From Gemmatimonadota bacterium (GTDB lineage Bacteria; Gemmatimonadota; Gemmatimonadetes; Gemmatimonadales; GWC2-71-9), in contig SHZT01000009.1 in NCBI GenBank assembly GCA_009692185.1, positions 49,335-113,334 of the forward strand: a stretch of 64,000 nt of DNA. Direction: 5' to 3'. The notes beneath the pieces were generated by a model. The model saw only the letters and a list, made by a program, of their open reading frames with translations. It did not search any database and was not told the DNA's origin. The first letter of the stretch is position 1. Each line of letters begins with the position of its first letter. Below are positions 26,395-34,643 of this stretch, one piece after another. The position numbers and the translations under genes are program-made.

Positions 26395-26956
26395 CCCCCG
26401 CCTTCTGGACCGCCAGCTCCACGGTCTGTTTGTCCCCCAACCCGGTGTACCTCACCTTGCCCTTGGCGTCCAGCGCGGCGATGTAGGAGGTCGAAGGCGC
26501 CTGGAACGCGCGCGTCGCCGCTCCGGACACGTCAAAGAACACCCGCCCGGGCATCGCATGCTCCGTTGCGTGACGCTTGACCGAGTTGCGGCTCTGCCCC
26601 ACGCCTACCGCGACGATCAGGATCTCAACGTTGTCTCCGTACTTGGCCTTCGCGGCCTCGAACTGGGGCATGAGGGCCTTGCACAGCGCGCACCACGTGG
26701 CCCAGAACTCCACGAGCACGGGTTTCTTTCCAATGAAGGTCGCGAGGTCCACCGCGTTGCCGTCCAGATCCTGCACCGCGATGGGCGACGTCGTGACGAT
26801 CGACGAGCCGACCGCTATGCCGATTGTCTCCTGCGCCAGCGCGGGTGACGCGATGGTGGATAGGGCGATGGTGGATAGGGCGATGGTGAATGAGGCGACG
26901 GTGGGGAAAAGCGATGGCCTCAACACCCGTCCCTCGTCTCGCGTCACTCGTCTCAT
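26378..26956 (-). CDS. TlpA/ResA-type periplasmic thiol:disulfide oxidoreductase
   Basis: The thioredoxin fold has VLVEFWATWCALCKALMP. The start is chosen at MRRVTRDE (26956). The signal region contains the repeat FTIALSTIALSTIA. Confidence 0.8.
   Translation of the reverse strand: MRRVTRDEGRVLRPSLFPTVASFTIALSTIALSTIASPALAQETIGIAVGSSIVTTSPIAVQDLDGNAVDLATFIGKKPVLVEFWATWCALCKALMPQFEAAKAKYGDNVEILIVAVGVGQSRNSVKRHATEHAMPGRVFFDVSGAATRAFQAPSTSYIAALDAKGKVRYTGLGDKQTVELAVQKAGGRIGG
26850..26906. repeat. 15-bp tandem repeat (GCGATGGTGGATAGG x2 plus two degenerate copies) inside the TlpA signal-peptide region
   Basis: 26850-26864 equals 26865-26879. Positions 26880-26894 and 26895-26906 are diverged copies. 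The repeat encodes a STIAL pentapeptide periodicity. Confidence 0.85.
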
Positions 26957-27648
26957 AGAACCTGCCCCATTTGAACGAAGTAGTACTCCGCCATGGCCAG
27001 CATCACCACGCCTGCCGCCCGCTTGATCCACACCATCCAGGGCCCGGACCGGGGCAATGCGGCCAGCGTACCGGATGATACCCCAACCGCGACCAGAATG
27101 GCGGTCATGCCAAGCGAGAACACGAACAGGTAGATGAACCCCATGACCGCGCTGTGCGTCGTCGCGACCCACGTGAGCACCACCCCGAACGCGGGCGCAC
27201 CGCAGGGCGCCGCCACAATGCCCGATGTCGCGCCGAGCACGAAGACCGCCGGGTAGGATCCCCCGCCCAGGCCCCCGGCCCACTGCACCAGCCGTTGCGG
27301 AAGCGTCACCGGAAACACATCCAGCATCGCAAGCCCGAACACCAGCAAGAGATTCCCGACGGCGAACCGCACCCACGGGTTGGCCCCGACCGCGCCAAAC
27401 AGCTCCCCCGTGAGTCCCGCGAGCAGGCCGAGCAGGGCATAGAACAGCGCCAGCCCCAGCACGTAGGCGAGCGTGAGACCAATCGTGCGCTTCCGGGTGG
27501 GCGCCTGCCCGGCCGTGCCGGCGAGAATGCTCGCCGTGATGGGAATCATGGGATAGATGCAGGGCGTGAGGCTGGTGAGCACGCCCGCCCCGAACAGCGT
27601 CAGGAGCGCCAGGAACGGATTATGCGAGAGCGAATCGGTGAGCGACAC
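26953..27648 (-). CDS. ccdA: cytochrome c biogenesis/thiol-reductant transporter CcdA (DsbD transmembrane domain)
   Basis: LTSLTPCIYPMIP and GIVAAPCGAPAF are the two conserved TM cysteines. The GTG start overlaps the upstream stop (TAGTG). Confidence 0.8.
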   Translation of the reverse strand: MSLTDSLSHNPFLALLTLFGAGVLTSLTPCIYPMIPITASILAGTAGQAPTRKRTIGLTLAYVLGLALFYALLGLLAGLTGELFGAVGANPWVRFAVGNLLLVFGLAMLDVFPVTLPQRLVQWAGGLGGGSYPAVFVLGATSGIVAAPCGAPAFGVVLTWVATTHSAVMGFIYLFVFSLGMTAILVAVGVSSGTLAALPRSGPWMVWIKRAAGVVMLAMAEYYFVQMGQVL

Positions 27649-28532
27649 TACTTGATCTCCACTCCCGCCTGCCGCTCGATCTCCTTGATCGCCTCGACGT
27701 GATCCGCCTCTTCGCCCAGCGCCATCCGCGCCCTGGCCATGCAGCGCTTCGCCGCCGCCGTGATGTCGGACGGCACGCCGTTCTGATTGAGCACGTCCAG
27801 CGCGATGCCGACATCCTTGTCCAGCAACGCCAGCCGGAACGTCCTCGGCCACGTCCGGTTCACCACGCGCTGCGGAATCAGGTTCTCCGTGACGTTCGAC
27901 CGGCCACTCGACGCGTTGATCACGTCCAGCGCGGCCTTGGCCGACACACCCAGCTTGACCAAGGCGGCCAGCCCCTCGCCAGCCGCCTGGATATTCACGG
28001 CCAGCAGCATGTTGTTCACCGCCTTGAGCGCGTCCCCCGCCCCAACCGGCCCAACGTGCACCACCTTGCCGGCAAACGCCGCTACAATCTCCTTGGCGGG
28101 CGTCACCCACCGCTCTTCACCACCCAACATGACCGTCAGCGTGCCCGCCTCGGCGCCGGCCGTGCCGCCCGACACGGGCGCGTCCACAAACCCAACCCCT
28201 TTTGCCGCGAGCCACGTCGCAAGCGCACGGGAGTTGGCCGGGTCGCCGGACGTCGCGTCCACCAGGAGCTGGCCGGCGCGCCAGCCGAGGCCTCCCTTCT
28301 CGACCACCGCCCGAACATCCGGCGACGTCGGCAGGCACGTGATCACCACGTCGGCCCAGCCCACCACCTCGGCCACCGTCTTCGCCGACCAGCAGCCCGT
28401 CTCCTTGGCGAACTTCTCGGCGCGCGCCGGGGTCCGGTTCCAGACGGTGGTCTCGAACTTCTTCGTCACGTGCCGCGCCATGGGCCAGCCGATGGCGCCA
28501 AGACCAATGAAGCCGACTTTCGTTGCTGCCAT
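27648..28532 (-). CDS. NAD(P)-dependent oxidoreductase, 3-hydroxyisobutyrate/6-phosphogluconate dehydrogenase family
   Basis: Contains VGFIGLGAIGWPMARH (Rossmann) and DAPVSGGTAGAEAGTLTVMLGG. Confidence 0.8.
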   Translation of the reverse strand: MAATKVGFIGLGAIGWPMARHVTKKFETTVWNRTPARAEKFAKETGCWSAKTVAEVVGWADVVITCLPTSPDVRAVVEKGGLGWRAGQLLVDATSGDPANSRALATWLAAKGVGFVDAPVSGGTAGAEAGTLTVMLGGEERWVTPAKEIVAAFAGKVVHVGPVGAGDALKAVNNMLLAVNIQAAGEGLAALVKLGVSAKAALDVINASSGRSNVTENLIPQRVVNRTWPRTFRLALLDKDVGIALDVLNQNGVPSDITAAAKRCMARARMALGEEADHVEAIKEIERQAGVEIK

Positions 28533-28575
28533 CTCACCCCTCCGTCCTGATGCGAAAAACCGCTGGCTCCCGGCG

Positions 28576-28601
28576 AAAAAACCCCGGGCTTACGCCCGGG
28601 G
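28576..28601 (-). terminator. intrinsic terminator after atpH (CCCCGGGC-GTAA-GCCCGGGG plus T6 on the minus strand)
   Basis: An 8-bp GC stem spans 28582-28601. A run of six A on the plus strand (28576-28581) gives U6 on the transcript. Confidence 0.75.
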
Positions 28602-28616
28602 TTGGTGGTTACTGAC

Positions 28617-28636
28617 CCCCGCGCGTTAGCGCGGGG
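28617..28636 (-). terminator. second GC-clamp tetraloop hairpin (CCCCGCGC-NNNN-GCGCGGGG)
   Basis: This is a perfect 8-bp stem lying between the atpH stop and the terminator above. Confidence 0.5.
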
Positions 28637-28649
28637 AACCACAACACCC

Positions 28650-29189
28650 TCAGCCGCCCAGCATCTGTCTCCGCAGCGAGACCAGCTTCCGACGCAGTGA
28701 ACCGTCCATCACGCGGTCTCCTACCCGCACGATGAGACCGCCCAGGATCGCTCGATCGGTGCGGAAATGCGCCAGCACAGTGGTGCCCAGCACCTCCGAA
28801 AGCCGCTTGCTGATTTCCTGCTTGAGTTTTTCATCGGGCTCGCGGGCGATGGTAACCCCAGCGTGGACCCGGTCCAGCTTGATATCCACCAGGGCGAGGT
28901 ACTCCCGGCTGATGGCGCCGATCATGCCCTGCCGCCCCCGGCGGATCACCGCCCCCAGGAACCGGATAAACGGCTCCGGCGCCCGGCCCTCGAGCGCCTT
29001 GCTCAGAATCGCCTGCTTCTGCGGCTTCGATACCTGCGGCGTTGCCAGCACGGCCTGGACCTTCAAGTCCGACGCAATCGCGCCCGCCACCGCTTCCAGC
29101 AAGAACCCGTATTGCTCGGCCGCGCCGGACTTTTCCCCCGAGGCAAACAGCGCCTCGGCGTAGTTCCGCGCGATCGTGGGCTCCCTCAA
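28650..29189 (-). CDS. atpH: F0F1 ATP synthase subunit delta (OSCP)
   Basis: Starts IARNYAEALF and shows OSCP-like sequence to the C-terminal ...GGLIVRVGDRVMDGSLRRKL. Confidence 0.9.
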   Translation of the reverse strand: MREPTIARNYAEALFASGEKSGAAEQYGFLLEAVAGAIASDLKVQAVLATPQVSKPQKQAILSKALEGRAPEPFIRFLGAVIRRGRQGMIGAISREYLALVDIKLDRVHAGVTIAREPDEKLKQEISKRLSEVLGTTVLAHFRTDRAILGGLIVRVGDRVMDGSLRRKLVSLRRQMLGG

Positions 29190-29758
29190 TGCTTCATCTC
29201 CGGAACGTTTGCGAGATAGTCAGTGACCAGCTTCCGGTTGGCTTCCGTGTCCACTTCTTCTTCCAACAGCTTGGACGCAGCCGCCAGCGACAGGTCCACG
29301 GCCTCCCGACGCAACGACACAATGGCGCGCTCTTTTTCCGACTGGATCTCCTTGCGGGCGCGATCCAGCAGGTGGTCCTGCTCCTCGCGGGTCTTCTTGA
29401 CAGCCAACTCCCGTTCGTCGTGCGCGGCCTGCTTGGCCTCGTTCAGCAACGCGGAAGCCTGCTCGTGCGCGGCGGCCAGCTGGCGCCGGAGTTCCTCGGC
29501 CGACGCCTTGGCTTCGGCATTCAGCCGCTCGGCCTCTTCCAGCTGGAGTTTGATCTTCCGCTCGCGCTCCTCGGTGGCCTTGAGAATCGGCGGCCACGCG
29601 AACTTCCAGAGCACGAGGACCAGGCCGCCAAAAACCAGCCAGGTCCAGAAGAACAGCCCGAAGTTGACCTCGAATGGCGAGGCGGGAGCGCCGGCCGCAT
29701 GCTGCGCGGCCTCCGCCCCCTCCTGCACCATCAACAAGAAAGAATGCATCGCCCGCAA
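29186..29758 (-). CDS. atpF: F0F1 ATP synthase subunit b
   Basis: A single N-terminal TM (FWTWLVFGGLVLVLWKFAWPP) is followed by a long charged helix. Its position between atpE and atpH fits. Confidence 0.85.
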   Translation of the reverse strand: MRAMHSFLLMVQEGAEAAQHAAGAPASPFEVNFGLFFWTWLVFGGLVLVLWKFAWPPILKATEERERKIKLQLEEAERLNAEAKASAEELRRQLAAAHEQASALLNEAKQAAHDERELAVKKTREEQDHLLDRARKEIQSEKERAIVSLRREAVDLSLAAASKLLEEEVDTEANRKLVTDYLANVPEMKH

Positions 29759-29759
29759 C

Positions 29760-30056
29760 TCAGGCGACCAGCTTGAACAGCAACGCGAACACGAGCGCGA
29801 TGATCGTGGCGCCTTCGAGCAGCACCGCGATCAGCAGGGCCGCGCCACGAATTTCCGCGCCGGCTTCCGGCTGCCGGGCAATCGCCTCGGCCGCCTGGCC
29901 ACCGATCCGGCCCAGTCCAAGACCGGCGCCGATGATGGCTAGACCAATACCCACGCCAGCGCCGAGCAGCGCGTTGGTGTTCTTCGCCACGGCGATCTGG
30001 GTCGCGGCATCCGCCGCCTGCTGTACCACTGCCAGTACGTCAATCATGTTCCGCAC
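29760..30056 (-). CDS. atpE: F0F1 ATP synthase subunit c
   Basis: Contains GAGLGLGRIGGQAAEAIARQPEA...LLEGATIIALVFALL, with the proton-binding Glu. The start may be 30047 (MIDV). Confidence 0.9.
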   Translation of the reverse strand: MRNMIDVLAVVQQAADAATQIAVAKNTNALLGAGVGIGLAIIGAGLGLGRIGGQAAEAIARQPEAGAEIRGAALLIAVLLEGATIIALVFALLFKLVA

Positions 30057-30248
30057 CTTTCACGGTGTGAGGAGATGGACTGTGTTGTTGCGCGCTCCCG
30101 AAGGATCAGCCGTCTCTCCCGAACGGCGTCCCCTCGTGGCCCGTCAATGACCCTGTTGGTCAACGGGCTTCCCTGGTCATTCGACCAGGTACGATTCGAA
30201 GCAGCGTGAGCGCTCCGGCCACTCCGATGTAACCAACCGTCCAACCGC

Positions 30249-31103
30249 CTAATGCTCGTGCTGCATCAACCCGATGAACACCGACGTCAGCAGCGCGAAC
30301 ACGTACGCCTGCAGGAACGCCACGAACAGCTCCAGCAGCATGATGCCAAGCACGAGCGCCGCCGTGGTGATCCCGATTGCCCAGTTCCAGATTGCGAGTT
30401 CGCCAAACAGGAAGATGATCCCGAAGAGGGACAAAATCACGAAGTGTCCCGCCGTCATGTTACCGAAGAGTCGCACCGCCAGCGCGAAGGGCTTCACGAA
30501 CTTGCCCAGCACTTCGATCGGCGCCATGGCCACGGACATGACCAGCGCACCCGTGCCGCCCATGCCCGGCACCTTGGGGAAGATCGTGTGCAGGTAGCCC
30601 ACAGGGCCAAGCTTGAAAAACCCGCTGATCTCGATGGTGAGAAACGCCGCGATCGCAAGCGCACCGGTCACCGCCAGGTTGCCGGTGGGCGACGAGCCCC
30701 AGGGCAGCATGCCGAGCAGGTTGCAATAGAGAATGAAGAAGAACAGCGTCATCACGAACGGGGCGAACTTCTCGCCCCCATGCCCGATGTTCGCCGCGAC
30801 AATGTCATTGCGCACGAAGAGGACCAGCGACTCGATGAGGCCGGCGAACCCCTTGGGCGCCTTCTCGTGCGCCCGCTGGCGCTGGAGGCTCCGGCCCGCG
30901 AGCCACATGGTCAGGAACACCAGCACCGCCGCGAGAAGCATGAACACGACGTGCTTGGTGGGGCTCAGGTTGACCGGGTACCCGAACATGTGCACCGGCT
31001 CCCACCGGGGCAGGTGTATCTGGCCCAAGGGGTAGAAGTCGATCGTCCAGGCGTCCGCCGTGTGATGGAGGACGACTTCGCCGATGTCAGGAGCCTGCAT
31101 CAT
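30249..31103 (-). CDS. atpB: F0F1 ATP synthase subunit a
   Basis: Contains LAVRLFGNMTAGH (the essential Arg motif) within a multi-TM protein. Confidence 0.9.
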   Translation of the reverse strand: MMQAPDIGEVVLHHTADAWTIDFYPLGQIHLPRWEPVHMFGYPVNLSPTKHVVFMLLAAVLVFLTMWLAGRSLQRQRAHEKAPKGFAGLIESLVLFVRNDIVAANIGHGGEKFAPFVMTLFFFILYCNLLGMLPWGSSPTGNLAVTGALAIAAFLTIEISGFFKLGPVGYLHTIFPKVPGMGGTGALVMSVAMAPIEVLGKFVKPFALAVRLFGNMTAGHFVILSLFGIIFLFGELAIWNWAIGITTAALVLGIMLLELFVAFLQAYVFALLTSVFIGLMQHEH

Positions 31104-31441
31104 TTCGCGAGCTTCGTCTCCGCAAACAGGAGTGGAACGACCACGCCGAGGTAGCCAAACGCCGCCGGCAGCGGCGGGAACAGTGCCCGGTCAACCAGGA
31201 CCGCGACCACGAACAGGACAACTCCGCCCATTCGCAAACCCAGCCCGACCGCCCAGCGTTTCATCAGCTCCGCGTACGGAGCGTTGAGTCCCTTTTTCAG
31301 CGACCAGACAGCCACCACCTGTATGCCGGTCGCCAGGAGCCCGAAACTCACGGCAGGCACCACCGCTGGCGGGCCCCAGGCCAGGTACTCGATCGTCGAA
31401 ACGACCGCGGTCAGGGCCAACCCAAGGCCCAGGACCTTCAC
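31100..31441 (-). CDS. atpI: ATP synthase protein I-like membrane protein
   Basis: This is a 113-aa four-TM-like protein directly upstream of atpB. The GTG start overlaps the upstream stop (GTGA). Confidence 0.55.
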   Translation of the reverse strand: MKVLGLGLALTAVVSTIEYLAWGPPAVVPAVSFGLLATGIQVVAVWSLKKGLNAPYAELMKRWAVGLGLRMGGVVLFVVAVLVDRALFPPLPAAFGYLGVVVPLLFAETKLAK

Positions 31442-31686
31442 TTTGCGTCCTTCTCCCGCCGCCGCGCATCTTCCTCGGCGTTGAGGCGGAAGTAGACGCT
31501 CAGGAACGAGAGCACCGCACCCGCCAGCGTGCCCGTGATGGTGAAGACGGGCGTGAGCTTGAGCCAGCGGTCCAGGAACCACCCGGCGGCCATGAACATG
31601 ATGATGCCACCGGCGAACTGAAGCCCCAGCGCGACGTACTTGTATCCTTCGCCTAACTCTCGGTGGGAACCGGGGTCTTGGGCCAT
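31438..31686 (-). CDS. AtpZ/AtpR-type small membrane protein of ATP synthase operons
   Basis: YVALGLQFAGGIIMFMAAGWFLDRWLKLTPVFTITGTLAGAVLSFLSVY matches the ATPase_gene1-type pattern. The start is chosen at MAQDPG (31686). Confidence 0.65.
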   Translation of the reverse strand: MAQDPGSHRELGEGYKYVALGLQFAGGIIMFMAAGWFLDRWLKLTPVFTITGTLAGAVLSFLSVYFRLNAEEDARRREKDAK

Positions 31687-31826
31687 CGAACCGGGGAAAA
31701 TGTACCCCCTTGTGAAAAAGTGCACAAGCAAAAAGCTTGTTGTCTGAACGTGTTCGGCGCGAGTAACATTCCAGCTTGTTGCCGTGACCGTCTGCCCGTC
31801 ATCACACGGACCCAGGAACCGCCCGG

Positions 31827-32858
31827 ATGGCCTCATTGAGCGCAGAACCGCTGCGAATCGCGAACGACGACGTAGACCTGTTGGAGCATCTCGCCAAGAG
31901 CCGGAAGGCGCTGATGGACCAGGTCTCACGACGCATTATCGGTCAGCACGACGTGCTGGACGGCATCCTGACCGCCATTCTCTCCGGCGGCCATGCCTTG
32001 CTGGTCGGCGTCCCCGGGCTCGCCAAGACGCTCATGGTCTCAACCATGGCCGAAGCGCTGGCGCTCAAGTTTTCGCGGGTGCAGTTCACGCCCGACCTCA
32101 TGCCGAGCGATATCACCGGCACCGAGATCATCGAGGAAGACCTCACGACCGGCAAGCGGGCGTTCCATTTCGTGCACGGCCCGATCTTCGCGAACATCGT
32201 GCTGGCCGATGAGATCAACCGGACGCCGCCCAAGACCCAGGCGGCCCTCCTCCAGGCCATGCAGGAGCACAACGTGACAGCGGCGGGAACGACGTATCCC
32301 CTGCCCTCGCCGTTCTTCGTCCTTGCCACGCAGAACCCCATCGAGCAGGAAGGCACGTACCCCCTGCCCGAGGCCCAGCTGGACCGGTTCATGCTGGAGC
32401 TCGAGGTGCCTTACCCCAGCAAGGCCGAAGAAGAAGAGATCGTCGAGGAGACCACGGGCGACGACGAGCACACCGTCCGGACCGTGATCAACGCCGAGGA
32501 GTTGCTCCAGATGCAGCACCTGGTGCGACGCATTCCCGCCCCCAAGCCGCTGGTGCGGGCGGCGGTGAAGCTGGCCCGGCAGACGCGGCCCAAGGACGCC
32601 GACGCGCCCGATTTCGTGCGCGAGTATGTGAGCTGGGGGGCAGGACCCCGCGCGTCCCAGTACCTGGTGCTGGGCGCCAAGGCGCGCGCGGCGCTGGACG
32701 GCCGCCCCATGGCCGACATGGACGACGTGAAGAGTGTTGCGCACTCGGTGCTCCGGCACCGCGTGGTGGTCAATTTCGCGGCCGAAGCGGCCGGCCGGTC
32801 CGCACAGGACATCGTGCGCCAGCTGATTGACCAAACCGATTGGGCCGGCGGCGCTTAG
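31827..32858 (+). CDS. MoxR family AAA+ ATPase
   Basis: Contains GHALLVGVPGLAKT (Walker A), IVLADEINRTPPKTQAALLQAMQE (Walker B and sensor) and ATQNPIEQEGTYPLPEAQLDRF. Confidence 0.9.
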   Translation: MASLSAEPLRIANDDVDLLEHLAKSRKALMDQVSRRIIGQHDVLDGILTAILSGGHALLVGVPGLAKTLMVSTMAEALALKFSRVQFTPDLMPSDITGTEIIEEDLTTGKRAFHFVHGPIFANIVLADEINRTPPKTQAALLQAMQEHNVTAAGTTYPLPSPFFVLATQNPIEQEGTYPLPEAQLDRFMLELEVPYPSKAEEEEIVEETTGDDEHTVRTVINAEELLQMQHLVRRIPAPKPLVRAAVKLARQTRPKDADAPDFVREYVSWGAGPRASQYLVLGAKARAALDGRPMADMDDVKSVAHSVLRHRVVVNFAAEAAGRSAQDIVRQLIDQTDWAGGA

Positions 32859-32967
32859 GCACCGAAACTCTCCCCGCACCCCTTCGTATGGCCCCCCGAC
32901 AGTCAGTCACCACGGCGACGTCCGCCGTGTCTTATCTTCTTTCGCAGTCCCCGAGGAGCAGGTCATC

Positions 32968-33735
32968 ATGAAGAAGCGCACCTGGTGGGTGCTGGGCACC
33001 CTGGTGGCCGTCGCCGGCGTGGGGACGTTCGTTGCCGTTCAGAAGTCGCAGGCCGACGGCGCCAAGAACACCGACGGAACGGTCCTGGTATCCAAGAGCA
33101 ACATCGTGGACAAGGCGCTGGCGGTCGGCAAGATCGAGCCCGATGTCGAGGTGAGCGTCAAGTCGCAGGTGTCCGGGGTAGTCCAGAAGCTCTACGCCGA
33201 CGCCGGTGATTTCGTGAAGGCCGGCGACCCCCTCATCGAGATCAAGCCCAACCCCACGCCACTCGAGCTGGTGGAAGGCAAGCGCGCGGTCGAGCTGCGC
33301 GAGATCGAGCTGGACAATCTCAAGCGCGACATCGACCGGAAGAAAACGCTCCAGGCGCAGGGCCTCGTGTCCACCCAGGAATACGAAATGGCCCAGCAGC
33401 GCCTCGCCGAATCCCAGCTCCAGCTCCAGACGTCGAGGGAGCGCCTGTCGCTCCTCGAGCAGGGCCGCGTCACCATCGCCAACGACAAGATCGAAACGGT
33501 CATCAAGTCGCCGATCACGGGCTACGTGCTGGAGAAGTCCGTCCAGATCGGTGACCCGGTGGTGCCGCTCACGTCCTACCAGGAAGGCACCGCGGTCATG
33601 CGGATGTCGGAAATGAAGCGGTCTGGAGACGATCCTGAAGTTCACTCATCCGGGGCCCAATCTACGGACGGTCAGGGTACTCAGACAGGTCAAGCGTTCG
33701 TCTCACCCCTCGTCCGGCCCCTGCATCGGGGCTAG
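32968..33735 (+). pseudogene. efflux periplasmic adaptor (HlyD/MacA-type), C-terminally truncated fragment
   Basis: It has a signal anchor, a lipoyl-like stretch (SQVSGVVQKLYADAGDFVKAGDPLIEI), a coiled-coil hairpin and SPITGYVLEKSVQIGDPV. Family-like sequence is then lost after ...VMRMSEMK. No pump gene follows, and the next gene converges. Confidence 0.6.
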
Positions 33736-34643
33736 GCCGCCCTCTGCATTCGCTTCGACCTCCACAGCGACAGCGCCACCGACAACGCCAGCACCCCCGC
33801 CACCACCCCTAGCGAGACGCCGATCGGAATCCGGACCCAATGTGCCGCGATCATCTTGACCCCGGTGAACACCAGGATCACCGACAACCCGTAGTGGAGA
33901 TACACGAACATCGGCATAATACCGGCCAGCGCGAAGTAGAGTGAGCGGAGGCCGAGGATGGCGAAGATGTTCGACGTGAACACCACGAACGGATCCAGCG
34001 TAATCGAGAGCGCGGCCGGCACCGAGTCAATCGCGAACGCGACATCGGTGGTTTCCACCACCAGCAGGACTACGAACAGCGGGGTCGCAAGGGTCCGCGC
34101 GGCCCGGCGCACGAAAAAACGGTCGCCATCGTAATCGTCGGTGACGGGGAACATCCGCCGGAACAGCCGCAGGACCGGGTTCCGCTCGGGATGGATATCC
34201 TGCTCCTTGTGCACCGCCATGCGGATGCCGGTCACGATCAGCAGGCCGCCCAGCACATAGATCAGCCACGCGAACCGTTCGATGACCGCGACCCCGACCA
34301 CGATGAACACCGCGCGCATGACCACGGCGCCCACGATGCCCCAGAACAGGACCTTGTGATGGAGGTGCTTCGGAACGTTGAAGTAGGAGAAGATGACCAG
34401 GAAGACGAAGAGATTGTCGACCGAGAGCGATTCTTCGATCAGGTAGCAGGTGAGGAACTCCAGTGCCACCCGTTGCCCGCGCCACACGTACACCAGAACC
34501 ATGAACCCGAACGCCAGCCCGATCCACACGGCGCTCCAGGTGAGCGCCTCCCGCAGCTTGACCTCGTGCGGGTTGCGATGCAGGACGCCCAGGTCGAGCG
34601 CCAGCATCGCCAGGACGACGATGGCGAAAACCGTCCAGAGCAT
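33732..34643 (-). CDS. TerC family integral membrane protein
   Basis: Contains FLTCYLIEESLSVDNLFVFLVIF and a second half with FAIDSVPA. The ATG overlaps the stop of the upstream symporter (TGATG). Confidence 0.85.
   Translation of the reverse strand: MLWTVFAIVVLAMLALDLGVLHRNPHEVKLREALTWSAVWIGLAFGFMVLVYVWRGQRVALEFLTCYLIEESLSVDNLFVFLVIFSYFNVPKHLHHKVLFWGIVGAVVMRAVFIVVGVAVIERFAWLIYVLGGLLIVTGIRMAVHKEQDIHPERNPVLRLFRRMFPVTDDYDGDRFFVRRAARTLATPLFVVLLVVETTDVAFAIDSVPAALSITLDPFVVFTSNIFAILGLRSLYFALAGIMPMFVYLHYGLSVILVFTGVKMIAAHWVRIPIGVSLGVVAGVLALSVALSLWRSKRMQRAA

Noticed and set aside
30057-30248. The 190-nt atpB-atpE spacer with imperfect GGTCATTGAC/GTCAATGACC repeats as a small RNA or mobile element.
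   Set aside because: Structured spacers before atpE are common for differential translation of subunit c. The pairings are short and imperfect, and no promoter or terminator signature for an independent RNA was seen.
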